The position numbers were made by a program, and so were the translations under genes. The notes under the pieces are model-generated. The model had not been told where the DNA came from and made no database searches. It was given only the letters and a program-made list of their open reading frames with translations. Shown in pieces: positions 1-12,230 of a stretch of DNA of 64,000 nucleotides. Source of the stretch: Bilabrum cf. latius (Eukaryota); the NCBI GenBank assembly GCA_965178125.1, contig OZ237756.1, forward strand, positions 372,001 to 436,000. Direction: 5' to 3'. Numbering within the stretch: position 1 is the stretch's first letter; the number at the start of each line of letters is the position of its first letter.

Positions 1-148
1 CCTGGTTAAGCTCTTCAGCTAGAAACTGGAGTTGTCGCTCATCGGGCATCGGAACCGAAGTGCCCCGCAAATCATGACTTGGGGTCCATTCTTCCGCCAC
101 AGCCAGTGAAGCTCCTGCTACTGACAATAAAGCAGCGATTGATTTCAT
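1..148 (-). CDS. 5' end of a secreted protein running off the window edge; possibly GH29 alpha-L-fucosidase-like
   Basis: ATG at 148 reads MKSIAALLSVAGASLAVAEEWTPSHDLRGTSVPMPDERQLQFLAEELNQ. It starts with a signal-peptide-like stretch, and P.P...QL....E loosely resembles GH29 N-termini. Family call is weak. Confidence 0.45.
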   Translation of the reverse strand, partial: MKSIAALLSVAGASLAVAEEWTPSHDLRGTSVPMPDERQLQFLAEELNQ

Positions 149-392
149 GCAAAGTAATCAAATAGTAGCTGGATAGGAGTGGCGCAATCTACCGAATCGT
201 GCGTCGAACTCAATTTGGTATATCGTACAAGCACGCAACAGTCCAAGCCAAGCGTCGAGAGGTCGAATCGAGGATTCGACAGGCAGAGTCTCTCAGAATG
301 CAAGTTTATCTGTCGCTCCCTGTCTGAATCGTGCAGCGCGATTCAGGCCTAGACCCCACAGCCCCCCCTCCCAAATCACCCCCCTCACCAAA

Positions 393-1698
393 TCAGCCCC
401 TGCTGCTCCTCCTCCTCCCGCTCGATCGCCTCCGGCCACTGCCTGTGGAACCCTTGGAGGACGCCGCGGTGGAACTCGGCGAACGTTCGCTGCCCCCCTT
501 CGCCCCTTTGCTTCCCACCACCACCTCCTCCACCTCACTGTCCTCGTCCTCATCCTCACCGCCAGCAGCAGCATCAGCAGCATCAGCAGCGAACGGGTCC
601 TCCTCGTCCCCCTAAGCACCTGCCCCGTGCTCGCCCAAAGCAGCCACCGCTGCCTTCATGGCCCCCACATCCACGCCACCCCCTGCCGCAGAGTCCGCAT
701 CGAAAGCCGCCTGCATGCGGCCAAAGGCCCCACCGACAGACGACCGCCGTGCCGTCGCGGCCGCGATGCTCCTCCTTCTGCTCACCTCCTCCTCGCTCTC
801 AACGCGGGCAGCGAGCGCCACGCACAGGCCCTGCAGGCGATGTGCCTGCTCCACCACGCCCTCCACCTCCTGCGCGGCGCCCTTGGGATCGGTTCCGCAG
901 AAGTCCTCGGTCGCTTTCGAGATGGAATCGCTCGCAGACTCGAACTGGGGAAGCCGCTTCTGGTACAGCCGCCTGACGTGCTTAAGGGCACGGCGGCGGC
1001 GCTTCTCCTTGAGAATGGCCTGGTGCTCCTCCGCGATCTGCTGCCGAAGTTCCGCAAGCGCGGCGTCGGTCGCAGCCTCCTCCTCCTCCTTCTCCTCGTC
1101 ACCCTCCTTGCCTCTGGCCTGGTCAGCATCGTCTTGCTCGCCCAAGTCCAGGGTCGGGGGGATATCGAATATGTTTCGCATGACGTACATTTCAAATTTG
1201 TCCATATTCTGGTCGAAGTGCCGACGCAGGTCCTCCACCAGGCTGTCGCAGCCGTGCGCGATTTCGGCGCGCACCTCGCTATCGCTAGGTAGGCGGCGCG
1301 ACTTAGAAGATGTCGGTGCCTTTGGCAGGGCCTGCAAATTATGTTGAGACAGTAACTTCACCATGATAGTAGGCGGGCTGGTCCGCTAAAGCAAGCTTGG
1401 CAACACTACACGTGCAAATGTGTGACTGCAGCCCAATGCAACATTCTCTCACGCTGTCCAGGCCTTCTTCCATTTTATCAAGACCATCGCATATATAATC
1501 ATCAGCAGCATTATAGACTGCGCGGGTGGTAGAGTAGTATTGAGGGATAGCGGCAATACATAGGTCTTAGGCAAATTTCACAGGACCGGCAAGCAAGCAC
1601 GCAAAATAAAGGCCCTCACTGTCCTCGACGAATCGCATCGGATCGAAGCCAAAGTATTGAACGACCCTAGGGTCGGAACTGCTGCCTGCGGCAGCCAT
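393..1698 (-). CDS. MIS12: Kinetochore protein Mis12-like; 3 exons (1698-1620, 1517-1453, 1331-393)
   Basis: YFGFDPMRFVED-IYNAADDY...FDQNMDKFEMYVMRNIFDIP matches the Mis12 domain pattern. GT-AG introns 1619-1518 and 1452-1332 keep frame. TAG at 612-614 read through to TGA at 393-395. Confidence 0.8.
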
Positions 1699-1856
1699 GT
1701 TGAACGTGAATGGCAGTCTGCGTTTTTCGAACAAACGTCTCCGAATCGGCGCCGCGCTTTGCTTAACGGAACCAAACTTGATGCCGGTCCGGCATTGCCG
1801 GACAGGACCCGTGATCCAACGTGCAACGATGCGTTCATATATCATTCTAAACCGAA

Positions 1857-4445
1857 TCACAACCCAAGGAAATACGCGTGCCCCCCAGCGTTCTGAATCG
1901 GGGTGGCAACGGGCGAAGCCAGCGCCCACTCGTACCACGTCTTGGTGGCGCTGCTGCACCGCCACAGGTGCACCTCCACCAGCTCGCCCTTCTTGACAGG
2001 GACGGGCCGCCGAAACGGAAAGTAGATGGGAAACCAGCTGTACATCTGAGGACTGTGCGTCTCTGGCTTGATGCTGCAGAGCACATCCCGGAACAGCCGA
2101 GCCTCGAAGTACCCCGCAAACCCGTGCATGGACGCAGAGGCAGATGCACGGAACTGCAGCGCAGTGTACCGGTCGTTGGCCAGCTCCCCGGGACGCGTCC
2201 TGTTGGGATGCACAAACCGGAAGCACGGCTGGCTCCCCGCCAAAGGCGCAAAGTTGTGGAGCCTCGCAACGTACGCCGTGTCATACCCCTTCAGCTCGTC
2301 TTCGTTCTGGCCCTTGACCGCATTCCAGAGCTTGGAGCTGGTGATGGGCGCGGCAAAACTGGTGTACTCGTAGGGTATGGATATGCCCCCCGGCTTCAGG
2401 AACCTCTGCGCGCCGTCTAGGCACTCCGGGCTCAGCTCGTTGTCCCCGAAGCTGCCCAGGAGCTCGCTCACAAGGATGTCGGCTTGCTCGGGTGCCTTCC
2501 ACGTCCGCATGTCGTGGTTCACAATCGTCACACGGTCGCCCCACCCCTCCGTGAGTGCCCGCCCCCTCAGGGTCACAACCGCGTTCGGGTTCTTCTCCAC
2601 TGCATACACCTTCACGTCCCTGCCCGTCTCGTCTGCCGCCCGAAGTGCCCTGTGCACCAGAGGTCCCCTGCCCGCGCCAACCACCATGAGGACAGTCCGC
2701 TAATCCTCGGGCGTTTCTTTGAGCGCCCCAACCATGGCCTGTAGGTACAGCCTGTACTTGACCGGGTCCTGCTCGAAGGTCTCGTAGGTGCCGCTCTCAA
2801 GGTTATCCATGAGCGGCTGAAGGGGCGCCTGCAGGTAGTCGTAGTACGGGATCTCGTATTCGTCCTTGTCCGTTGGATCCGGCAGGTCGCTGCACAGCGC
2901 GTGGATGGAATTCACGTACGCGATATGCCCGTGCCTGTGCCGCGCAGGCCCCTCCAGAATGAACTGCGCGCCCTGGAGGTACACCCTCTTTGCGAATGCG
3001 GCGTGTTCCCTGGGCAGGACGGGCAGGCCCGTGCGGGATTCCATGGAAAACAACGAAGTATGGATGGCCATGGCCTTGACCGGCTCCCCGATCCAGCGGT
3101 CCAGTTGTTCCCTGGGAGGCAGTTCCTTGGTCAGCTCGAGGAAGGCGCTCACGTGGGGGTTCGAATCGCAGAGGGTCCGGAGGCCGTCCCACACCCGCCA
3201 GGGGTGCTCCACGTCCTCGGGAGATGGCACGCCCGCGGGTGTGACGAGTGCGTCGGTGCTCGCGCCTGCGGCGCCCCCTGTGGCCGCACCGCCATGCGAT
3301 GCACCCTCGGTCAGCTCGCTCAGCGACATGCTCTTGGAGCCCGCCGTGAGGTGCCTTGCCGGCGGAACCTGAGGCGGCGCCGCACAAAGACCGACACTCT
3401 CGGCCTCGGCCTTGGCAGCCGCAACTGGCGTGGAACTGGGAGCGCCATCAACTCCTCCCGAGGTGCCCGCACCGGATGCGGCTCCGGCTCCGGTGACCGC
3501 ATAGCTTACAGCACCCATCCCCTCCTCACCACTCAACGACCCCAATGCGGGGAATTCCCCCGAGGGGATCACCCCCCAGCTGGGGTGCCCCTGCGCGTCC
3601 TCGATCGCGTCCCCCAGCCCCGCAGTCCCCTCCCTCACCCTCAGCAGCAACGAGGATTCGGAGCCGCGGGCCAGGGAGCAAGCGGCAGCAGCGCCAGAGT
3701 TTGCAGCAGGAGCTGCATCCAACCCATCTGCTGCCCCCTTGCCGCCATCACCATCCATGGGCGCTGCGCCGCTCCCGCTTCCGCTGCGGCCCGCCGCTCC
3801 CGCCACAGCAGGGACAGCAGGGACGGCGGGAACGGCGGGCGGACTCACAGCATCCGGGGAGGGGGCACCAGCACCAGCTGCGGCGCCAGCGCTCGCAGTG
3901 GCAGATGCGGGAGTGGTACTGACGGAGGCAAGTGACGCCGCTGCTGCAGGAGAGGAGGCCTGAAGCAGCAGGGCGTCGGCGGCACCGGTGCGCCTGACGA
4001 GCGGTACGCGGATCCAGAAATGCAGGTACGATTGCCCTTGCACGACCTGGTTGATACACCTGGCCAGGTTGTGATACCTATCTCCTGGCAATGGGGCCAC
4101 AACGGCGGTGACGCCGAGATGAGAGGCCCACGCTGCTTCCTGCTTGAACGCCTTCACCCCGGCTTCCCTGACATCTGGCGATGATGCGTCCACGTCGATC
4201 CAATCGGACATTTTGCCGACTACGCTCGAGTTCCAAGTATCCCCCTTCATAATCATGTCAGATCGAGTAGCCGGCGTCTGCCGAGCATCTGACATTCCGG
4301 CGGCATCTCGCCTTGAGCGCGGATGGAACAAGGGAGCAAGCACATAGTCAAAGTCCTCCTCGCTGCCGACCGCTTGTCGCATGTCTCCCACCAAATCAGT
4401 GGTATGGGGAAGATCTTTACCAACCATGACCCTGGGCCACGACAT
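1857..4445 (-). CDS. PRMT5: Protein arginine N-methyltransferase 5
   Basis: Motifs [65 protein letters not shown] and SWFPIYFP. ORFs 2700..4484 and 1857..2687 are in frame across one TAG (2700-2702). Ends TGA. Start could be 4445 or 4484. Confidence 0.95.
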
Positions 4446-4735
4446 GGCAATGTATGGCTTGGTGAATTGGGGTGCTATTTGCATCCTGCCATTTCAGCAG
4501 AACCCTGTGGAACCTTCGCCGCCCAGGAACACACCAAGGCTTGGTGACCAAGCGTGCCATCATAATCACAAGATCTCTATCCAAACAATCAATTTCAGTC
4601 TTCCATGCAAAGTAGTCCAGAGCGACGCGCGCTTCCATACAGCCTCTCCGCCCGCACGCTGTGGCAACACAGGCCCCAGCACGCGACACACGGCGAAACT
4701 TGAAGTGCTCCCCGCCACCGCTATGCTCCTCCTCC

Positions 4736-6445
4736 TCACTCATCGGTGGCCTGCCTCACCCTCTTCAGAGGTCGATCCACCTTCACCGACTGCGTGAACG
4801 GGTCGTACTTGGCATTGAAGCCCTTCCTCAGATTCTCGCAATACCGCCTCATCCTGACCTTGACGTCGTCGAAATCTTCCGCCACAAAGTATACGGGCTG
4901 GTAGGTAGTGATGGGATAGTCCGTCCCGGCCACGTCGGCGGGCACCCACGGCCTGTACTCGGGCACATCGTCCGTGCCTCCCGCCGGTCGTGTGGGCGAG
5001 CACGCGTACTCGAGTTCTCCAAAGGAACTGAGCAGGCCGGCACCATAAGCTTTCTTCTCCCCGTTCTCGTTGCAGAGACCGAATTCGACGCTGAACCAGT
5101 AGCAAGTGGCCAGTTTCTTGATCTCGTCATCGCTAGCGCCCAGCGAGGCAAGCCCGATCTCCTGGGAGAACTCGGCGAAATCAGGGTCGGCGAACAGGGG
5201 CACGTGGCCTAGCAGCTCGTGGCAGATGTCCGGCTCGGGCGTGTACAAGGGCTTCGTGTGGTGCCGGATGTACTACGTGGAGAAGAACACCCTGAACGCG
5301 AGTGCGTTGAGGAAGTCCCTTGCCGATAGGAGTCCGCTGACAGGACGCAGGGAGAACCCGGTGCAGCCCTGAAGGAACTGGGAGATGTCCTCCAGCTGGG
5401 GGATGGACCTCTCCCCGTACCCGCAATTTCTCTCCAGCAGCGGCATGATTTCTTTGTACTGCTTCACCGCGTACTTGTCCGTCTGCGCCCTCAGCTTGTT
5501 CCAGACGGTAGCCCATGTCTCGACCTCTTCTTCCGTGTATTCCACCCGTGGAATGGGTGTACCATGCCTGTATGTGAGCGCATTATGCACAATGAGCTTG
5601 CGGCGTTCTCTGTACACAGCGTCGGAAAAGCCGGGGTGGTCCGCCTCCAGGTCTTCGCCCGCGTCCAGCGTCTTTGTGCTGAACTTGTCAATGTCCTGGA
5701 CGCGTGTGGGGAACCACGGTACCTCCAATGGGGGCTGTGCGTCCACAGTGAGAGCCTGGGCGTTGAGTTCCCTGATGAGATCGTCGAGTCCCTGCACCGA
5801 TTTCCCGTCGAAGGACACCTCGAAGTCGAAGTTCGGGTCCATCCCCTTGGAGGGCTTGCTCTCGATGTACGTGAGGTTCACGCCGCGGTCCTCGAATATG
5901 CCCAGCAAGCGACGGAGCTCGCCGGGCCTGTCGCGAATGGTCAACTATAACGAGGTGTGACCGGCATCCAGCTGCGAGCAAGAGAAACGTAAGGCTGTGA
6001 ATGCGACAAGATCGATAATCGCGTGAACTCGTCGTGCTTGGCGTGGACTAGAATCGACACGCGAGTCTTACGTCCAATGATTCTCGCTGCCCACCAGAAG
6101 ACACTGACTGCTTCACTTTCTTGTGCCCAGTCACGTGCCCTTCAGCTGTCTGCGAGCAATGATACTAGCGAATGCCACACAGTTGGCCATGATCAATTCT
6201 AGCTCGAGCATACTTGCATGCCACACAGCGTATCCATGCATTTGAGAGCATGGATCGTTGCATTCAATACCACAAATTGATAGAATAGACCAAAATCAGC
6301 ACTGACTAGGTAAAGATGCGAGCAGCTAGGTGCAACAGGAAACCAATCTCACCGAGAGCTAGCGGATACCCACGAAGCGAAAGTTACGAGCTGCACATGA
6401 TCCAATGACCTGTCGCAGGCCCCTTAACTGTCTTAACCCTCGCAT
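4736..6445 (-). CDS. PAH: Phenylalanine-4-hydroxylase (ACT domain plus biopterin-dependent catalytic domain); exons 6445-6353, 6149-6072, 5971-4736
   Basis: Motifs [36 protein letters not shown](TAG)[29 protein letters not shown] and [13 protein letters not shown]. In-frame TAGs at 6359-6361, 5945-5947 and 5273-5275. Ends TGA. The two 5' exons are inferred from frame-preserving GT-AG sites. Confidence 0.92.
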
Positions 6446-6618
6446 GGTAATGTATGACAGCGAAATGTAGGATGGCCCTTCTTTAAATCATATTTGTACG
6501 TTACAATGATTATAGTACGGTGCTAATGGATCAAATACGATTTTCTGCAGCCAACCGAATAATGGACATCTGCGAATTCTGAGACCTGCTCTTCGTTTTC
6601 GTTGCATCCAACTCTAGG

Positions 6619-9446
6619 ATGTAGAACTATGCTCTTGCGCTTTTGACCACTGCAGCTGTGATGGGAGTTTCGGCCCTGGAACAGGGACTGCTGCCCCCAT
6701 CCAGCTGCACTCAGCTTGAGGCAAACACCGCAAACATTGAGTTCGACTTTTCGAACCGTTGCATCCGAGGATCTGTAAGTTGTGGCAATCCATTTCGCAC
6801 TGTGTTGCCGTTGATGATGTACTGTCTAGAGCCGTATGGTGTGGATACATTGAGTGATGGCAGAGCCGCGTGCGATCTCACTGGCAATCACACTGCGACA
6901 GTCGCATAACTTTATCGTTTCAAGACTTTTCGCGCGGCTTGAGTCGTAATCAGATTATACTTTTTGTTATACAAGTGATTTCGTGTACCGATTGTCCATG
7001 TGGGCTGCCTACATGAGCAAGCCGTTGACCTGTTAATTTGCTCGCCCGCGCAGATGGACGACAACGACGTCACGCTGAATTTCACAGTCACCCCTGCAAT
7101 GGTTGAGGGTAACAAGCGTGTGGATTTCTTCCTGTGGAACATCGACCAGGCCCGGTCCCCGACCTTTAAGGTGGACGGCGCCCAGTGGCTGCAGGCCGTG
7201 GATCTCACAGACGACCAGGGTGAGAGAAGGCAAGCGCCAATTTCAACATTAAATTTGCAATTTCGTTGGGCCAGATAATTTCGGCCGATTCAGTTTTCCG
7301 CATTTTCCTCCCCCACCCCCTGTCAACCCTCATGCAATGCAGGCATCAACGGCGCACGCGTTGGCCTGGTGGAGGAGGGCAGCACCGACACCACCACGTT
7401 CATCGCGACCTACCACGGCGATTTGTGCCCTGGCGACTACTCCATCCAGTTCCAGGGAGTGAACGGGAACTACGGTATCTCGATATTCAGCTTCGAACGT
7501 GAGAAAGAAATGAGCACTGCATGCCATGCATGGGATTGAAGTGTGGGCCACTGCCACACCATAGAGAAGATCTACTCACTGCCATTCGAACTCGTCACAC
7601 CGTACGCACTCGTCACACACCCAACGCAGAGACTGACCTGATCGCCGAGATCTCCAACGACGGCACGGACGGCAGGCCATCCAACGTGGCCGCATATTTC
7701 ATCAGCGGCGCAAACTTTCCGACGTTCAACTTCAAGGGGGATTTCACTGAGAAGCGGTATGCCACCAAGAAGCTCATGTTCAACACCACCGGGGACCTGC
7801 TGTACTCCGGCGTAAACTTCCAGGCCGGTGCTGCCTTCCCCAGCTTGGGGCCTTCATCTGACCAATGGAGGGCGGGTGACATGACGCTGGAGACCGTGTG
7901 GAACAACATTGGGAGGCCGTCGGTTTCGGCTCAGGGCTCCGGATTCTTTTTCGGCATTGGTACTGACACCGTGGACGACGTGTTCTTCAACTGGGCAGAG
8001 AAGGGCCCCGTGTCTTCCGTCAACGTGAGCGTGGTGGGACACGTCGACTACCCCACGGTGTCATGGTCCAGCCCCAGCGGGAGCGTTGTGATTCCGAGTG
8101 ACGAGTCCTTCGAGATCGTGAGGATCGGGCCCATGCCCACCAACTTCCACCGGTTCCAGCCCGACGGTCTCATGCAGTCCGTCCGCATGACGAGTGGGAC
8201 CGGCGAGAACCTGGGCATGGGAGGCGATGCCGAGTTCACCTGCCTGGTGGACAACGTGCCCACCCAGGCAACCACCCAGACGACCTGCACCTCCGACGAG
8301 ATTCCGGCCAACAGCCCCACTTCGTTCAGTTCCAACTTCATACTGACTCCCAGGGAGCGAGACACCCCCGCGTACGTGTACTACAGGATCGAGAGGACCA
8401 CGTGTTTGACCACCTCGTCCGCTTCGTCCGGCCTGACTGAGGACCCCGCCCTGAATGTAACCTTCACTTTGGATTACCAGTCCATCGAGGGCGAGTGCAT
8501 GGATTACACGGACTGCTACGTGGACGGGGACGACCACCCGTCCCTGCGAACCTCTTTCTCCTCCACGGGAAACACAAACAAGATGATCCAGTGCGTGGGC
8601 ATGCCCAAGCGGTCCAACCCCGACTTGTTCGAGTCCCGCTGCATGGAGTGCACCAGCGACTGCCACTGCCCCGGCGGGTCCTACTGCCACACGGACAACG
8701 GAGTGTGCAACGACGGAGTTCGGAACTACCTTTGCGATGGCGACTCCCACCGCATGGCGGGCGTGTGCAAGGTGAAGGACGCGGCCAAGGAGATCATCGG
8801 CAAGCCCTGCCGGACAGACCAGGGGGCGACGTACAGCATCGTGCAGAGCAAGTACCGCCACGTGAGCCTCCCCGGCAGCGCACTCATCATCTCGGAGGGG
8901 GCTGCAGATGACAGGTCCGACGGCATCACCGGCGGCGGTTTCTGCGGCGAGGCGCGCTACTACAACTCGTCCAACGTTGATTTCCCGTCGAGCAACGTGA
9001 AGCGTTCCGGCGCCGCCCGGGCGATCCTGTGGGAAGGCCAGTGCGTCAGCGGCATGTGCCAGGAGTGCAGCGATGGCGAGGTGCAGTGCGCGAGCTCGCA
9101 GACCGGCAACGGTGGCGACAAGATGTGCATCCGCGGCCGGCTCAGGGACACGATCATCGTGGACCAGACCATCCGTACGTTCACGAGCAACACGGTGGCA
9201 GGCACCGCGCTCTCCGGTGTGATGATGATCATCGTGGTGCAGATCATCTTCGTGGTCTACTTTGTCGTGGAGCGTGGCGATGCGCACCGCCAGGAGGAAG
9301 AGGCCAAGGAGGAGAAGAAGAAGGAGCAGGCCGAGCAGAAGGCCGAGAAGGCCCGCAAGGAGCTCGCCGCTCACGACGGCAAGGTGATCGCCAAGGAGGG
9401 CGGAAAGAAGAAGGGCGCAGGCGCCTCGGAGAGCAAGGAGAACTGA
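6619..9446 (+). CDS. Cys-rich type I membrane/surface protein of unknown function; exons 6619-6774, 7054-7219, 7343-7498, 7630-9446
   Basis: Starts ATG TAG, giving MQNYALALLTTAAVMGVSA (signal peptide). Three GT-AG introns preserve frame. Has Cys clusters (CMECTSDCHCPGGSYC, CVSGMCQEC), a hydrophobic TM segment near the C-terminus and a Lys/Glu-rich tail. Ends TGA. Confidence 0.8.
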
Positions 9447-9828
9447 GCGAGAACGAGCGAGCGCTGATTATGTGCATGCTGCACTCTTTCAGTTGAACGC
9501 TTTGATGACTGGGTAGATTTGAACCGGGCTTCACTCTGGTTTCGAGCGACTGGTACATCAGCATTGGTTTTGCCATTGCCTTGCATTGATTCCCCGCGCC
9601 TGGTGCGGTTCGGGCACGAAGGGCGGTGCTGGTAAATGTATCTCCACTCAGTATGACTTCAATCAGGTTCGCATCAGTCAACATTGTATGCGCGGGTCTA
9701 CTTAGCCCCCTTCAACGAAGTGGAAGTGGTGGAACGACCGTGAATATTCAAGCAAACTTATATGAAGCTGTTACTTCTTAAATTAAGCTGTGCAGTGGCA
9801 TAACATAGCCACCTAAATAGCAACCAAA

Positions 9829-12132
9829 TCACTATCTCCCGTCCCGAATCACCTCTGCGTCAACCACCTCGGCCCCTCCGCTCGTAGCAGCAGCATCCCC
9901 TCCCGCCGCACCAAAGTCCTCCTCGGGCCCCGCCGCCGTGCGGTCCGCAATCACGTGCGCCTGCATCATCGGCTCCCCCTGCCCCACCGATCCCCCACCC
10001 TCCTGCTCCTCCCCCTCACGAGCGAACATCCCCTGCCCCTCCTGGTCCATCTTCTCCAACTCAGAGGCGAGGTGCACCAGCGCCTCCACAGTCCCCTGCT
10101 CCCGTAGAAGCCTGCTGGGCGGTGTGACGAGTGCCTGGGCCCGGCCCCCGGCCCCCGCGGCGCCCTCCGCCCACAGCCTTGCCACGAACGGAGGCAGGGG
10201 CGCGGCGAGTGTAAGGAACGTGGGCGAAAGCACCTTGTGCTCAAGTATCTCAGCGTCGATTCCCTCCTCCGCCGCTGGACCTCTCCTGCCCTGCTCCATC
10301 GCAAACTGAACGGCTCTCCTGTACTCCAGGTGCAGGCCCACGTGCCGCAGTGCAGTGCGCCTGTGCAGGTGAAGCGCCACGTGCACCGCGGCCCGGACCA
10401 GCCGGCAGAAGTCCGCGGAGGACTGCCGCATGGATTTCGATTGCGGGTCCTATTCGTCCATGGCGATCTGCTCGGGGTCCAGGCCCAGGCTCCGGAGCTG
10501 CATCTCCAGCTCTTCGAGCGGCTCCCCCTTGGCCCTGGCCTCGGCTACCATGCCCGCCGTGCTGTCCGCGGCGATGATCTGCTCGAGGAGGCCCAGGACC
10601 ACGGGGTCGTTGGCGGAGTGCGTGATGATCGAATTGGCGGCGTGCCGGGCCACCTCAAAATGATGCCTCTTCCTAGCAGTGGCGGGATCCGAACCCAGGA
10701 GCTCCTCGGGCAGCTCAGGCCGCTGCACGATGTGCTTGGGCAGGAGCAGCTCCGGGCTGGGCATGCTGACCTGCGGGAGCTGCGCCTCGGCCTTGGCAGG
10801 GTCCACCTTGGCGGTGGCCTCGAGTTCACGAACCTTCGCTAGCGCGTCCGCCTGTCTCCTCGCAGCGTCTGGGTCCACCGCTTCCCCGTACTCGTCCTGG
10901 AAATCGAGCCATTTCGAAGCGATGAGGCACACCTTTCGGACGGGGGAAGGGTCCCCCGTCGCGTAGAAATTGGCCCACAGAGCGTCCACGGTGTCGCACG
11001 ACACCTGGGCCGCGGCGACCTCCCAGTCAAGGGGGGAGAGAACCTTCTCCCGGGTTCCTTCATCATGCTCCTCAGCATCCCCCTCAGGTAACCCCGTCTC
11101 CTTGGCTGCTTGTTCCCTGGGCTGCTCCCCTGCCAACTCAGCCAACGCGCTCTCCCGCAGTGCCACTGCCATGGACACGTGGAAGGCACTCCTGGCCCAA
11201 GGCGGATTGTCCGTCTGTCTCGCACCCTGGTAGAATGCACGCTCCTCGTCCCCCCCCAGTATGGGGACGGGCCACGAGAGGGGGTCCATGGGGAATCGGT
11301 CCCCTTCGCTCTCCGGGACGATGCACCTGATCCTCCTCTCGAACGCCTCCACCACCGTGGCAGTCGTCCCCTCCTCCCCGGCCTCCGCTGCTGCCCTCGC
11401 TCTCGTGAGCAGGTCGTCCGCCAGCTTCGTGCCCACGTCCTCCATGCCCGCAGCACCGGCCTCTTCGGCCTGGAGCACGACGAAGAGCAGCCCCTCCCTC
11501 CTCTCCGCTGTGGCATCGGGGCTGGCCACGTGTGCGGCGCGCTCCACCAGCTCGCTCATCGATCGCATGATGGCCATGATGAAGTCCTCGCTGTCGGAGG
11601 TCGCCGCGATGGCCTGGCCGAAGAAAACAGCCTGCTCCATCTGCGAGGACCCGGTGAAGCCATCGGGCGACTGGAGCAGGTGCGCGAATGCCGGCAGGAT
11701 TAGGTCCGGCCTGGGCAGCGTGTGGAAATGGTGCATCCAGGCCGCGACTGGGCTGTACCCTGCATCTCGCGTAGCTTTGGCATACGGTCTGTACAGCGAC
11801 TCGAATTCTCCCAGGCGCTCGTGGATACCGCGAAGGGTGGGATCAAAGGGAGCATCCGCATTCGACCCGGCCGAATCTCCCTCATCGCCGGAACCCGAAG
11901 CCTTGGGGCCGCCAGACCCCCGAGCACCTCGCGATTTTGACGATTTGCTGCTGCGCTGCCGCGCTAAGCTCCGTGTGCTAACGTGGAGTGCGCGCGAGCA
12001 GCCAAAGTTGCCGCTGGGAACTACGCCAAATGGCCGCGCGGCAGCGCGGCCCGCCAGGCTAGACCGGGCGGTCTGGAGACAGCTTCTAGCGGTACGCTTG
12101 ATTGATTGTACAGATGACACCCGCAAAGACAT
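9829..12132 (-). CDS. Hypothetical protein with a mitochondrial-presequence-like N-terminus
   Basis: N-terminus MSLRVSSVQSIKRTARSCLQTARSS is Arg/Ser-rich with no acidic residues. ORFs 10450..12255 and 9832..10431 join across TAG 10450-10452. Ends TAG-TGA (9832-9834, 9829-9831). Confidence 0.7.
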
Positions 12133-12230
12133 GATTTGATTATTCTGGCTGTGCTCGAAAGCACAACTAGTCACGGAGCTGTGACGAGCAATACACGTCG
12201 GTGCGTGTATTGGCCATTCAAGTGCACAAT

